A stretch of 63,325 nt of DNA, filler included, from Octopus bimaculoides (Eukaryota): assembly GCF_001194135.2 (NCBI RefSeq). It is 7 parts of 7 records of this genome, joined end to end, with 100 filler letters (N's around TTAATTAATTAA, not from the genome) between each part and the next. Parts side by side here need not be neighbours in the genome. Positions count along the whole stretch, not along the records: positions 1 to 19,544 come from NC_068990.1; 6 more parts are not named here. The stretch is one strand, 5' to 3'. Made by a program: the position numbers and the translations under genes. Every line of letters begins with the position of its first letter. Positions within the stretch are counted from its first letter, which is position 1. Below, in pieces: positions 1-12,638 of the stretch. The notes under the pieces are model-generated. The model was not told the origin of the DNA and ran no database searches. It was given only the letters and a program-made list of their open reading frames with translations.

Positions 1-60
<60 letters not shown>

Positions 61-75
61 TATTCGTATATAATC

Positions 76-583
76 GTAGCTGTGGACAGTGCCACCTGAC
101 TGGCACCCATGCTAGTGACACATAATAAGCATCATTCAAGCGTGAGTCGATACTAGTGCCACCTGACTGGCTCCCCAAGCCGGTGGCATATAAAAGGCAC
201 CATGCGAGCATGGTTGATGCCTGTATCTCTTCACTGGCTCCTGTGCTTTTGGTATGTAAAAAGCACCATCCAAATGTGTTTGTTGCCAGTGCCCCCTGAC
301 TGGCTCCCATGCTCGTGGCACGTAAAAAGTACCATCCGAACGTGGTCGATGCCAGTGCCTCCTGACTGGTTCCTGTGCTGATGGGATGTAAAAAGCACCC
401 ACTATACTCTCGGAGTGATTGGCATTAGGAAGGGCATCCGGCAGTAGAAACTTTACCAAATCAAATTGGAGCCTGGTTGCAGCCTACTGGTTTACCAGTC
501 CTCAGCCAAACTGTCCAACCCATGCCAGCATACAAAGCAGGCGTTAAATGATGACGACGACGATGATGATGATGATGATGATG
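76..583 (+). mobile_element. SINE family A (3' tail (GAT)n; internal ~65-bp tandem modules)
   Basis: Ends ...GGCATTAGGAAGGGCATCC...CAACCCATGCCAGCAT...GCGTTAAA(TGA)n. The body matches copies at 2082, 8646, 12639 and 19313. Confidence 0.75.
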
Positions 584-2081
584 AAATATAGCATGTATGT
601 GTATATTTTAATGTGTGGGAGAGAGTGTATGTGTTTGAGTTTATGAATGTGTTTGTGTGTGTGTGTGTGTGCCAGTTTGACAAACTGGATTTAAAACAAT
701 CATGAAGAGGAAGGGAGTATGTACCAAGTCTGCATGCACGCACACACACATATACACACAAATACAAACACAGACATTCCCTCAACCATTACTGCTTTAG
801 TTTACAAACATAGCCTAAAACTTCAACTTATTGATTTTTCTCGATTTAGTTTAGAAACTAAGAAACTAAGCTTTATCAAAAATTATGTCTATGTAGAATG
901 AAATACTGGTACTTTCCAAACCTCACTATAAATCAGTTTTATAATTAATTTCAATGTAATTAATTTTTCCAACTCTGATGAAGCTAATCTATTTTTAAAA
1001 TAAGAATTTGGGGCTGTTGGTTTTTTTTTTATTTATTTANNNNNNNNNNNNNNNNNNNNNNNNNNNNNNNNNNNNNNNNNNNNNNNNNNNNNNNNNNNNN
1101 ATATACGCTAAATACATATAAATAAATTAAAACATTAATTTACATTTTTAGGTGAAATTTTCGTTTAGTATTTCAAATGGTGTTGTGGAAGGAGCAAGCT
1201 ATTTTTCAAACAGCTAACTACAAGAATTAATGATAAATATCTGTAAATGATGATGTTTAGAATTGGAAACCATTTCTTCTTTCTTTTATGCTGAATAGAA
1301 TAAATAAATAAATAAAAACAAAAGGAAAAATGTCCAGAAAATCAATTAGAGAACTGTAAACATTGAAATTCTCTCATGGTACTTCAACAACAACAAAACA
1401 AAAACAAAAACAACAGCAACATCAGACTATAATATCAACAATAACAAAAACAACAATAACAGCTATTAAAAAGATTATTCATAAATGAAGATGATTTAAT
1501 GTTTAAAATGAAATACAGTTTATGAATTTTCATTTTCTTAAATATAATTTTTGAAAGAAACTATTCTTGTAATGCATGCTAGACATTTTTCAACAAATAT
1601 CATTAAATGTTGACGCTAATCAATAATGATTAACCAATAGAAATATATCGCCCCTAGGAATAAGACAAGTTCAAGCGAATATATAATTCAAAATTATTTT
1701 GCAGAGTTTGAAATTGTTAAAACTATGTTGTACTTTTGGTTTTATTATTCAAACAAACATCCTTTGCTCCTGTTGTGAAATTCTCATTTTACAATTCAAA
1801 CTCTAAGCTAATCACACTGAGAATAAAAACAAATACCTTAAATGCTTTACACCTGTAACAGATTGGAGAATATTATGAATGTTTGATTATTCATTTAGTT
1901 TTTGTATACTTTTCTTGATTAAAGAAATTGGAATTAAACTAGTAACTTATAGAGAACCTGCAGTATTGAAAAGAGAGAATAATTTTGCAAGCTCCACTGT
2001 GAAGTGGTCTAGAAATGGGAAAGTAAACAACAGCCTAATTCCATGGCTGGCTTTAGTTTAAAAAGGACAGACTTAATATTT

Positions 2082-2306
2082 CATGTAAAAAGCACCCATG
2101 CTGGTGCCACATATGAAGCACATTTGCTGGTTTCATTTATAAAGCACAGGTGCTGGTGCCACACAAAGAACACCCAGTATGCTCTGTAAAGTGGTTAACA
2201 TAAGGGAGGGCATCCATCTGTAGTAAACAAGCCAAGACAGATAACCAGAACCTGGTGCAGCTTTCCAGCTTGTGAACTCCTGTCAAACTGTCCAACCAGA
2301 TGTTAA

Positions 2307-2383
<77 letters not shown>
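2082..2383 (+). mobile_element. SINE family A, diverged copy
   Basis: AAAAGCACC modules, GAGGGCATCC, CTGTCCAACC...GTTAAA followed by a (TGA)n tail. Confidence 0.65.
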
Positions 2384-2385
<2 letters not shown>

Positions 2386-4098
2386 CTTTTGATTGGGAAC
2401 AAAAGTAAACGTTGTAAAGAAGTAACATGGTCAGTTGAATTAGCAGAATATTACTGGTATTGATTTGATCATGATAATGATCTGGAGTAAAGTAAATACT
2501 ACCAGACTTACTGTTTCTGTCAGTTGGTTGATAGTAGCGGCACAAAAACTTTTGTAGCATATTCTATTGAAATTAATTCAGATTCTAATGTGACTCTCTG
2601 GTTTTCTCTGAGATTTATATTTCTGTCTAAATATTGATATCCAACTACATTACCAATAACAAGAAACTACAATATTATCAAAACTACATTCTTAGAGTCT
2701 GAAGTCTTCATTGAAAGAGATCCGGTAAAGTAAATAAAGTACTCCTTTGAACTATGACTTTGCAAAATCCTGATATGTCATGATAAATCTAAAGTGTAGG
2801 CATGAACAAACAAGCAAAAGAATATATTAATACAAATTTGAAATGACTGATACATAAACTGAAACACAAGTAAAATAGGCATGTCAGGAATAAAGCAGTA
2901 ACATCATGAAGTCAAATACATCATCTTTTACAAAAATAAATAAATAAAAATAAAAAAAAACTTCAAAATTTAAATAAAAATTATTTTATCATTTATTGTG
3001 GTGAATACCACTTTATTTTCTTTGTTGAGAGAACAATCAATCTTTGGGAAGTAAGAACCATGTTTGCAAGAGTAGCTACGTAATTTACCATAAAGACGCT
3101 AGAAAATATCATCATTCTTGTAGTATTTTACTATTGGCTCCAAATATCAAATGATTTAGCTTGGCAGTAATATTTTCCTTCAAGAGTAATATTGTAAAGT
3201 TAACATACGAAGCACAAAGCTAAGAAATTAAATTGAAGCGAACAATATAAATATAATTACATTCTTTTGAAGCAAAGATTTTGCTGTAATATATAACAAC
3301 TAGAAATATAACACTAATCATAAAGCTTTTTGAAGATTAATATATATGACTAAGAAAGTTTCGCTGCTATTGATGGCACAAACGATAATGAAGGACTTCT
3401 TTCTAGGATGAGGATGTCTTCATTATTTCCAATTTATGGCTATTAATTTATTGGTAATCCCTTCTGAATTTCATTCCTTTGTAAGAGTATCTTCAAAGTC
3501 TCACGAATGAAGAAAGAATTCTAAAGTAACTTATGGATGTCCCCACTAGATGAGAATAACCTGTGTGCTAACACAAAGAAGTGCCAAATTAATATTAAGA
3601 AAATTGCCTTCATTTATCATACGATACAACTTAAGTATTTCATGTCTAGATTGAACCATTAACCTAAGAGATATCAGCAAATGATAAGTTACATTTATTC
3701 TCAACCAGATTCTGATATTTTCTTTTGAAGTAGAGACAAGTGAGCTAAACTAAGCATTTTAGATCACACACCTATTCTTAGATTCATATACAGGAATAAT
3801 TGTTCCTCTTCCTTTTTTAATTTTCAGCTAAACACCTTCAGTTTCCTTTTCATTCTTCTCCCCAAAATTTATCTTATCAAAACTGATGACCAAATGACCA
3901 ATGTGTACTGCTTTTTTTCTTTTTTCTTTTCATTTTTCATACAATATGAATGAATCACAACTGATTGAAATGATTGAGAAGGAAACAAGTATTTCTTAAT
4001 CTGGCAACATATATATATATATACGTATCAGCCACACACACACACACACACACACCCATATATGTGTGTATATATGTATGTATATATGCATATATATA

Positions 4099-4151
<53 letters not shown>

Positions 4152-4299
4152 CATATATATATATATATACATGTATGTATTTGTGTGTATATATATATAT
4201 ATATACACATATATATATATATATATGTATATACATACACATATATGAATGTGGATATATCTATATATAAATATAGAGCTATGCATACATATATGTGAA

Positions 4300-4343
<44 letters not shown>

Positions 4344-5509
4344 GCTCATGCACACACACACACACATTTGTATAATATTTCCTGTGTGTAGATGAACGAC
4401 TGCTGCTGTGAATTTAGAGCTTCACATAGACCACCATCATCCACTCTACTTCCAATAAAGTAGTGTTGTGGTTACTACTGTACTTAACAGTATTATTGGC
4501 TATGACATGCAAAGGGGAAACTATGGTAAATGTCAGTTTAAACCATTCTTTCCCTGTACACAGTTTGCCATTGTGGTTATTTGCATCCTCTGCAATAAGT
4601 GTTCATAGTGCAATTGTATGTGGATCCATAGCAGTATACTGTACATCTGCATCCACAGTGGCATAAACTGCATTCCATGCTTATCATACTTTTTCTTGTA
4701 TCTATATCTAATCTCTCTATCTGTCTGTCTATATATATATATATATATATATATNNNNNNNNNNNNNNNNNNNNNNNNNNNNNNNNNNNNNNNNNNNNNN
4801 NNNNNNNNNNNNNNNNNNNNNNNNNNNNNNNNNNNNNNNNNNNNNNNNNNNNNNNNNNNNNNNNNNNNNNNNNNNNNNNNNNNNNNNNNNNNNNNNNNNN
4901 NNNNNNNNNNNNNNNNNNNNNNNNNNNNNNNNNNNNNNNNNNNNNNNNNNNNNNNNNNNNNNNNNNNNNNNNNNNNNNNNNNNNNNNNNNNNNNNNNNNN
5001 NNNNNNNNNNNNNNNNNNNNNNNNNNNNNNNNNNNNNNNNNNNNNNNNNNNNNNNNNNNNNNNNNNNNNNNNNNNNNNNNNNNNNNNNNNNNNNNNNNNN
5101 NNNNNNNNNNNNNNNNNNNNNNNNNNNNNNNNNNNNNNNNNNNNNNNNNNNNNNNNNNNNNNNNNNNNNNNNNNNNNNNNNNNNNNNNNNNNNNNNNNNN
5201 NNNNNNNNNNNNNNNNNNNNNNNNNNNNNNNNNNNNNNNNNNNNNNNNNNNNNNNNNNNNNNNNNNNNNNNNNNNNNNNNNNNNNNNNNNNNNNNNNNNN
5301 NNNNNNNNNNNNNNNNNNNNNNNNNNNNNNNNNNNNNNNNNNNNNNNNNNNNNNNNNNNNNNNNNNNNNNNNNNNNNNNNNNNNNNNNNNNNNNNNNNNN
5401 NNNNNNNNNNNNNNNNNNNNNNNNNNNNNNNNNNNNNNNNNNNNNNNNNNNNNNNNNNNNNNNNNNNNNNNNNNNNNNNNNNNNNNNNNNNNNNNNNNNN
5501 NNNNNNNNN

Positions 5510-5558
<49 letters not shown>

Positions 5559-5860
5559 CATACACACACACACACACATATATACATATATATACACACA
5601 CACATACACACATACAAACACACACACGCGCGTATATCATCAATTGTACATATATTCGGAAAAAGCACATGACTTTTGGCCCACCCTGCATGTGTGTGTG
5701 TATGTGTGTGTGTGTGTGCGTGCGTGTGTGCGTGCATTTGTGCGCACCATTGTATCTATGTTTATCTCCCATCATTGCTTGACAACTGGTGCTGATACGT
5801 TTACATCCCCCTAACTTTGTGGTGCAGCAAAAGTTACTGATAGCAAAGATGCCAGTCTTT

Positions 5861-6102
5861 CTCTTTTATTCTTTTACTTGTTTCAGTCATTTGACCGCGG
5901 CCATGCTGGAGCACCGCCTTTAGTCGAGCAAACTGACCCCGGTACTTATTCTTTGTAAGCCTAGTACTTATTCTATCGGTCTCCTTTGCCGAACAGCTAG
6001 GTTATGGGGACGCAAACACACCAGCATCAGTTATCAAGCTATGTTGGGAGGACAAACACAGACACACAAACATATACACACACACACATATCTATCTATC
6101 TA

Positions 6103-6154
<52 letters not shown>

Positions 6155-6320
6155 TATGATGGGCTTCTTTCAGTTTCTGTCTACCAAATCCACTCACAAG
6201 GCTTTGGTTGGCCCGAGGCTATAGTAGAAGACACTTGCCCAAGGTGCCATGCAGTGGGACTGAACCTGGACGCATGTGGTTGGTAAGCAAGCTACTTACC
6301 ACACAGCTACTCCTAAGCCT
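5861..6320 (-). mobile_element. SINE family B (tRNA-derived, CORE-like segment, internal (CA)/(TA) microsatellite)
   Basis: The minus strand reads a tRNA-like head (GCTGTGTGGTAAG A-box-like; GGTTCAGTCCC B-box-like), then CCTTGGGCAAGTG (CORE-like) and a (GTAAAAGA)n-like tail. It resembles the octopus OR-type CORE-SINEs. Many copies occur in the window. Confidence 0.85.
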
Positions 6321-6559
6321 TAAAAAAGAATAATGATTACTGGGGTTGATTTGTTTGACTAAAATTCTTCAAGGTAATGTCAAGCATGACCACATGCTAA
6401 TGACTGTTATGGTGTAGTATCCTTATTTTTGTTTTTTCATCCCTCAGCCCACTTCCTTCAAAATTCCTCTCTCCAATGCCTCATAACATCCAAGTAAAAC
6501 CTTTTACTGAGAGTCTCGCCTCTCTTCTGAGTACACCTCATGGTTACAGTGGAACAAAA

Positions 6560-7100
6560 GCTGGAGAAAAGTATTGTCATCAGTAACTGAACCAACAGAC
6601 AGCCATAGCAGTCTCATCAGATGAAATAATTTTGTGATCCAATTCTGTGAGATCTATTTGTGGACAACACTTCCCTTGTTGGATTCAGGTGGAATTTCCT
6701 GATGATATGCAGGACAGCTGCAATGTAAGATGCAGCACTAGTTAAATGAGTAGCTGTGATCGAGAGTAGTAAAGCTATCAGGATGCAGTGGGTCTGGGCA
6801 AACCAAACGGATTTTAGAAACATTAGAGTTTACAAATAACCTTGAATGCACTGAAGGTATGCTTTAGTCTGACTCAGATAAAGCTGAGAGCCCATTGTTC
6901 TTTGCAGCTTTCATCTTGCTCCGTCATCTTCAACCTTGATTTGCCACCTGGATGACTGATAAACAGTCAAGGATTGCATTTGAGGAATGTTCAGCCTCTT
7001 TGTGCAATTATATGCAATGTTCTGCCCAGGCTTTCCTGTCACTGCTATTTCATCTATCGATTTCCATGGTGTTGAGTAACATGTGATGGAATGGAAACAA
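6560..7100 (-). pseudogene. Possible heavily decayed LINE (RTE-like) RT fragment
   Basis: Interrupted minus-strand translation gives remnants such as WAEH..., MKAAKNNG and EIPPES; the match is weak. Confidence 0.25.
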
Positions 7101-7472
7101 CTCTAGGAAATGATGACATTGGTCCGTCAACAAAAAAGAAACAAAAGAGAATGAAGCAAAGACTGAAGCTGTCTTGAAGCATGGCTGAGTATGAAAAGGA
7201 ACAGAAATGGAAAAATTTGACTGAGAGAATAATGAAGAAGAGAGTGTTCTTTATGTTTTGATGACTGTCCTTCTCTCATCTGTGCTTTGAACATATATCA
7301 ATAATCACAATCCTAGATTCACCATCACAGTTGATCAAAGGAAAAGTTCTCCTAGAGAAGTTTAATGCAATAGCACAAGATTGAGACAATGAGATGTAGG
7401 AGAGTGTGTTTATGGTACCACGAAACAAGACAACAACATATATATCTATCTATCTATATATCTATCTATCTA

Positions 7473-7519
<47 letters not shown>

Positions 7520-8119
7520 ATATAGGAAAAAATACACATGCACAAACACGCGCACATACATATACATGCAAATATACACACAACCAAACAATACACACAC
7601 GCAGACACTAAAGTTTGCTATGGGCTATATTCAAAGAGATTAACCATCACTTCATTTGTAAATTAATTAACCAGCTCAGTTAAAGTTACTAGATACATGA
7701 GGCAATTGTAGAGGTCTGTCATGTTCACCACACAGCCTCACCATAGACAGTAAAAGAGACATCAAGTGGACAACACTGTTCTTAGTTTATTAAATTTCCT
7801 CAGCAATCGAATACCATACATTTTACAGCCTTCTAACTAAATCAGGCTGGCTGATTTGAATATTAGGCACATTTTTGACTGTAAATTCTGATACATAAAT
7901 TTACTACATTATGAAAGTATGCATTGCGGATGCAACAGTAATGTACATAAAAGAACTACAGCTGAATTTGCACCTAATATTCAAATCATTCTACTTGATT
8001 TAGTTATAAACATAACAACAATGGCTTCAAATATAATTTCACAGAGACTGTAATATACAGGATAGTTGATTGCTGATGAAAGTTAATAAAGTAGAAACAA
8101 CAGTATCCAGTTGAGTAGA

Positions 8120-8151
8120 CTTCTGACGTTTCGGACTGAGTCCTTCTTCAG
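8120..8151 (-). ncRNA. Hammerhead ribozyme catalytic core without stem I
   Basis: Minus strand CTGAAGA-a-GGAC-tca-GTCC-GAAA-cg-TC: conserved core, stem II, minimal stem III and a GUC triplet. The flanks (GAACC / AGAAG) do not pair. Confidence 0.4.
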
Positions 8152-8206
8152 GGTTCACATGGCTGTGGGGGAAAAATAAAGACAAGGAAGAAGAGTTTAC
8201 ATAAAT

Positions 8207-8550
8207 GCAGGCATGGCTGTGTGGTAAGAAGTTTGCTTCCCAATCACGTGGTTGCAGGTTCAGTCCCACTGTGTGGCAGCTTGTGCAAGTGTCTTTTACT
8301 ACAGCTGAGAGCTAACCAAAGCCTTGTGAGTGGACATGGTTGACAGAAACTGAAAGAAGCCTGTCATGTGTGTGTGTGTGTGTGTGTTTGTCCCCACCAC
8401 CACTTGATAACTAATGTTAGTTTGTTTTCATCCATGTAACTTAGCTGTACGGTGAAAGAGATTGCTACAATAAGTACTAGGGTTGGAAAATGTGCTGGGG
8501 GTGATTCTTTCAACTAAAACCTCTTCAAGGTGGTGCCCCAGAAAGGCCAT
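8207..8550 (+). mobile_element. SINE family B, diverged copy
   Basis: GCAGGCATGGCTGTGTGGTAAG head, CTTGTGCAAGTG, internal (TG)n and a 3' body like the other copies. Confidence 0.75.
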
Positions 8551-8644
8551 AAATAGAACGTAAAAGAAAAGATATATATGTATATATATGTGTGTGTATA
8601 CATATATATNNNNNNNNNNNNTGTATGTATATATATATATATAT

Positions 8645-8645
<1 letters not shown>

Positions 8646-8676
<31 letters not shown>

Positions 8677-8938
8677 TTAACGTCTGTTGTCCATACTGGC
8701 ATAGGTTGGATGGTTTGACCGGGCTGGCACACTGGAAGGCTGTGCTAGACTCCAGTGTGATTTGGCACAGTTTTCTATGGCTGGATGCCCTTCCTAACAC
8801 CAACCACTCTGAGAGTGTAATGGGTGCTTTTACATGCCACCAGTTTGGGTGCCACTTGCATGACACCAGTATCTGTCACAACTGTGATTTTGCTTGGCTT
8901 GATGGGTCTTCTCAAGCACAACATAATGCCAAAGGTCT
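8646..8938 (-). mobile_element. SINE family A
   Basis: (CAT)n TTTAACGTC...GGATGCCCTTCCTAAC...GGGTGCTTTTAC. Confidence 0.75.
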
Positions 8939-9110
8939 ACAGATCCAAGAAAGGTCTTAACTCAACAGAGACTATATAAAGCCTAGATTAACTTTAATTT
9001 ATTACAGTCTGATAATGGGTTAGCTGGTCAAAACTTTGAAGTCACCGTCAATAATATTCTTGTACATTATTTACATTTGATGGATATTTGTTCTCATCTT
9101 GTTTGTTGTT

Positions 9111-9156
9111 AATACAACGTTTTGACTGATATACCTTCCAGCCTTCATCAGGTGTC
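9111..9156 (-). ncRNA. Degenerate type I hammerhead ribozyme (left arm)
   Basis: gacac-CTGATGA-a-ggctg-gaaggtatat-cagtc-AAAA-cg-TT-gtatt; G12 is mutated to A. Confidence 0.55.
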
Positions 9157-9452
9157 TTGAGGAAATTTCAAACCTGGGTTCTCATTCCTAAGGTATTTTT
9201 CGATATTATTATTATTATTATTATAATTATTATTATTATTATTATTCAGGTCACTGCCTGGAATCGAGCGGAATTTTGGGGTTAGTAGCCCGCACACTTA
9301 ACCACTACGCCATGTGGCGTAGTGGTTAAGAGTGCAGGCTACTAACCCCAAGGTTTCAAGTTCCATTCCAAGCAGTGACCTGAATAATAATAATGATAAT
9401 AACATCGAAAAAATACCTTAGGAATGAAAACCCAGGTTCGAAATTTCCCCAA

Positions 9453-9493
9453 GACACCTGATGAAGGTTGGAGGGTATATCAACCGAAATGTT
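9453..9493 (+). ncRNA. Degenerate type I hammerhead ribozyme (right arm)
   Basis: gacac-CTGATGA-a-GGTTG-gagggtatat-CAACC-GAAA-tgtt; perfect stem II, with ~5 nt deleted at the cleavage site/stem I. Confidence 0.55.
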
Positions 9494-9690
9494 AACAACA
9501 AACAAGGTGAGGACAAATATTCGTCAAATGTAAATAATGTACATAATTTCTCATCTCTTAAATATAGAGCTGTATTAATAATATTCTTGTTTAAGAATAA
9601 TAAATACATACATGTGTGTGTGTAAATGTGTGTGCATGTGTAGTGTGTGTGTGAGTGTGTGTGTATATACACACATACACACACACATAT

Positions 9691-9853
9691 AGGCACAGGC
9701 ATGGCTGTGTGGTAAGAAGCTTCCTTCTCAATCACATGGTTCTGGGTTCAGTCCCACAGAGTGGCACTTTGGGCATGTGTCTTCTACTATACCTTCAGGC
9801 TAACCAAAGCCTTGTAAGTAGATTTGGTTGACAAAAATTGAAAGAATCCCATC

Positions 9854-9855
<2 letters not shown>
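9691..9855 (+). mobile_element. SINE family B, 5' half
   Basis: AGGCACAGGCATGGCTGTGTGGTAAG...GGGTTCAGTCCC...CTTTGGGCATGTG; ends at (TA)n and a gap. Confidence 0.75.
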
Positions 9856-9897
<42 letters not shown>

Positions 9898-10281
9898 NNN
9901 NNNNNNNNNNNNNNNNNNNNNNNNNNNNNNNNNNNNNNNNNNNNNNNNNNNNNNNNNNNNNNNNNNNNNNNNNNNNNNNNNNNNNNNNNNNNNNNNNNNN
10001 NNNNNNNNNNNNNNNNNNNNNNNNNNNNNNNNNNNNNNNNNNNNNNNNNNNNNNNNNNNNNNNNNNNNNNNNNNNNNNNNNNNNNNNNNNNNNNNNNNNN
10101 NNNNNNNNNNNNNNNNNNNNNNNNNNNNNNNNNNNNNNNNNNNNNNNNNNNNNNNNNNNNNNNNNNNNNNNNNNNNNNNNNNNNNNNNNNNNNNNNNNNN
10201 NNNNNNNNNNNNNNNNNNNNNNNNNNNNNNNNNNNNNTATATATATATATCTGTTTGTGTGTGTGTGTGTGTGTGCGTATG

Positions 10282-10500
10282 TATGAGCTGGAGCTGAAAA
10301 GTTCCTGGTTTTAAGGACATTGTGAAAGACCTGGCTGGAGGCTCAAATTCCTGAGTTTGTTTACATGGCTTAGAAAAACTGAAAGGCTGCTGCAATAAGT
10401 GTGCGAATCTGAGAGGGGAAATATGTTCAATAAAATCATAATTAACTGACCCTCCTGTTTTTTCTTTTACTCAGAGCCAGGAACTTTTCAGTATGACACA
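10282..10500. mobile_element. Mariner-derived MITE
   Basis: Inverted ends GCTGAAAAGTTCCTGG / CCAGGAACTTTTCAG; a related copy lies at 46271 in the opposite orientation. Confidence 0.6.
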
Positions 10501-10673
10501 TACAATACATATATATGTGTGTAAGTACATATGTACATATACATATATGTATATATACACATGTATACATATAAATACAGACACACATATATATATATAT
10601 ACATATACAAACAGACAGACATAAAAATACACACACACATGCATGCATGTATTTATGTATATGCATGCATGCA

Positions 10674-10774
<101 letters not shown>

Positions 10775-10914
10775 CTTGGTTCACATTGAAAGAGTTATCT
10801 ATGCCAATAAGATTATTGGCAATGACAACACATCCAAAATATAACAATACCTCATTCAGCACTCAATTTCAGATGAAAACACTTGCCAAACATTCATCTT
10901 AAAAGAAATATACA

Positions 10915-10953
<39 letters not shown>

Positions 10954-10963
10954 NNNNNNNNNN

Positions 10964-11002
<39 letters not shown>

Positions 11003-11209
11003 CAAACATACATACATATAAAAATATATATATGTACATATGCGTATGTATGTATATATATGTATGCATCATGCATGTATGTATGTATAAATACATGTAC
11101 TTATGTAAACGTACGTGCATGTGTTTGTGTATGTATCATATATATTGTATGTATATACATATGCTTATATACATATATATAAATATATACCATTGTATAT
11201 ATATGTATG

Positions 11210-11288
<79 letters not shown>

Positions 11289-12442
11289 ATATATGTGTAC
11301 ATATACACAAGACATTTTGTATATGTGTGCATATGTATAGACACACACACACATGTACTTGTACACTCAAACAACCCCCACACATACTGTAATACTGTAC
11401 ATACCACTAACTTATTGTGATCACTAAAACATTGTAATAAAGCAAATATCAATAGTTTTCACATAGTTTTCACTATTTTGCATTCACTTTCCCCATGAAT
11501 ATGATTGTATATGCAAATTTTATAAATGTCCATATTATTGGAGCAATTTGTTTTATATGGGAATGTCATTGCTACAACTAACCACTTATCTATGTTGTTA
11601 GTATTCTATCTCTACAACAAAGAAAAAAGCAACTAAGATAGTCAGAATTATGTACCTTGTTCAGCTCTAAGGCTTTAATTCATGATGGTGATGTTCTGTG
11701 TTGTGCAGCATCTTATTGTCATAGTCACTGATATATATATATATATATATATANNNNNNNNNNNNNNNNNNNNNNNNNNNNNNNNNNNNNNNNNNNNNNN
11801 NNNNNNNNNNNNNNNNNNNNNNNNNNNNNNNNNNNNNNNNNNNNNNNNNNNNNNNNNNNNNNNNNNNNNNNNNNNNNNNNNNNNNNNNNNNNNNNNNNNN
11901 NNNNNNNNNNNNNNNNNNNNNNNNNNNNNNNNNNNNNNNNNNNNNNNNNNNNNNNNNNNNNNNNNNNNNNNNNNNNNNNNNNNNNNNNNNNNNNNNNNNN
12001 NNNNNNNNNNNNNNNNNNNNNNNNNNNNNNNNNNNNNNNNNNNNNNNNNNNNNNNNNNNNNNNNNNNNNNNNNNNNNNNNNNNNNNNNNNNNNNNNNNNN
12101 NNNNNNNNNNNNNNNNNNNNNNNNNNNNNNNNNNNNNNNNNNNNNNNNNNNNNNNNNNNNNNNNNNNNNNNNNNNNNNNNNNNNNNNNNNNNNNNNNNNN
12201 NNNNNNNNNNNNNNNNNNNNNNNNNNNNNNNNNNNNNNNNNNNNNNNNNNNNNNNNNNNNNNNNNNNNNNNNNNNNNNNNNNNNNNNNNNNNNNNNNNNN
12301 NNNNNNNNNNNNNNNNNNNNNNNNNNNNNNNNNNNNNNNNATATATATATATATAACATGCACAGGTATCTCAAAATAAATGGACACTTCTAATTATACT
12401 GTTTTATCTTTGCCAACACTTCCTGATGTTTCAGACTTGTAA

Positions 12443-12600
12443 AGGCATGGTTGTGTGGTAAGATGTTTGCTTCCCAATCACATGACTCTGGGTTCAATCC
12501 CACTGTGTGGCACCTTGAGCAAGCATCTTTTACTAAAGCTGTAAACCAAGCAAAGCCTTGTGAGTGGATTTGGTAGATGGAAACTGAAAGAAGCCCATCA
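12443..12600 (+). mobile_element. SINE family B, 5' half
   Basis: GGCATGGTTGTGTGGTAAG...GGGTTCAATCCC...CCTTGAGCAAGC...GAAAGAAGCCC. Confidence 0.75.
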
Positions 12601-12638
12601 TATACATATATATATACAGGGTGAGGCAAAAGTCACAC

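Larger units (their letters stand above)
9064..9576. mobile_element. Fold-back element: head-to-head tRNA-like heads, a hammerhead motif in each arm, 14-bp TSD
   Basis: Arms ~9061-9311 and ~9314-9543 are reverse complements. AATAATATTCTTGT occurs at both 9050-9063 and 9577-9590. Confidence 0.85.

Noticed and set aside
4533-5814. Long ORFs (300-400 aa) in the track here and at ~11.7k, 41k, 42.5k, 51.6k and 53.4k
   Set aside because: They are composed of N runs and (TA)/(CA) microsatellites and have no coding evidence.
9315-9375. Genuine tRNA gene
   Set aside because: There is no acceptor stem and the B-box is degenerate; it is a tRNA-derived head within a repeat.
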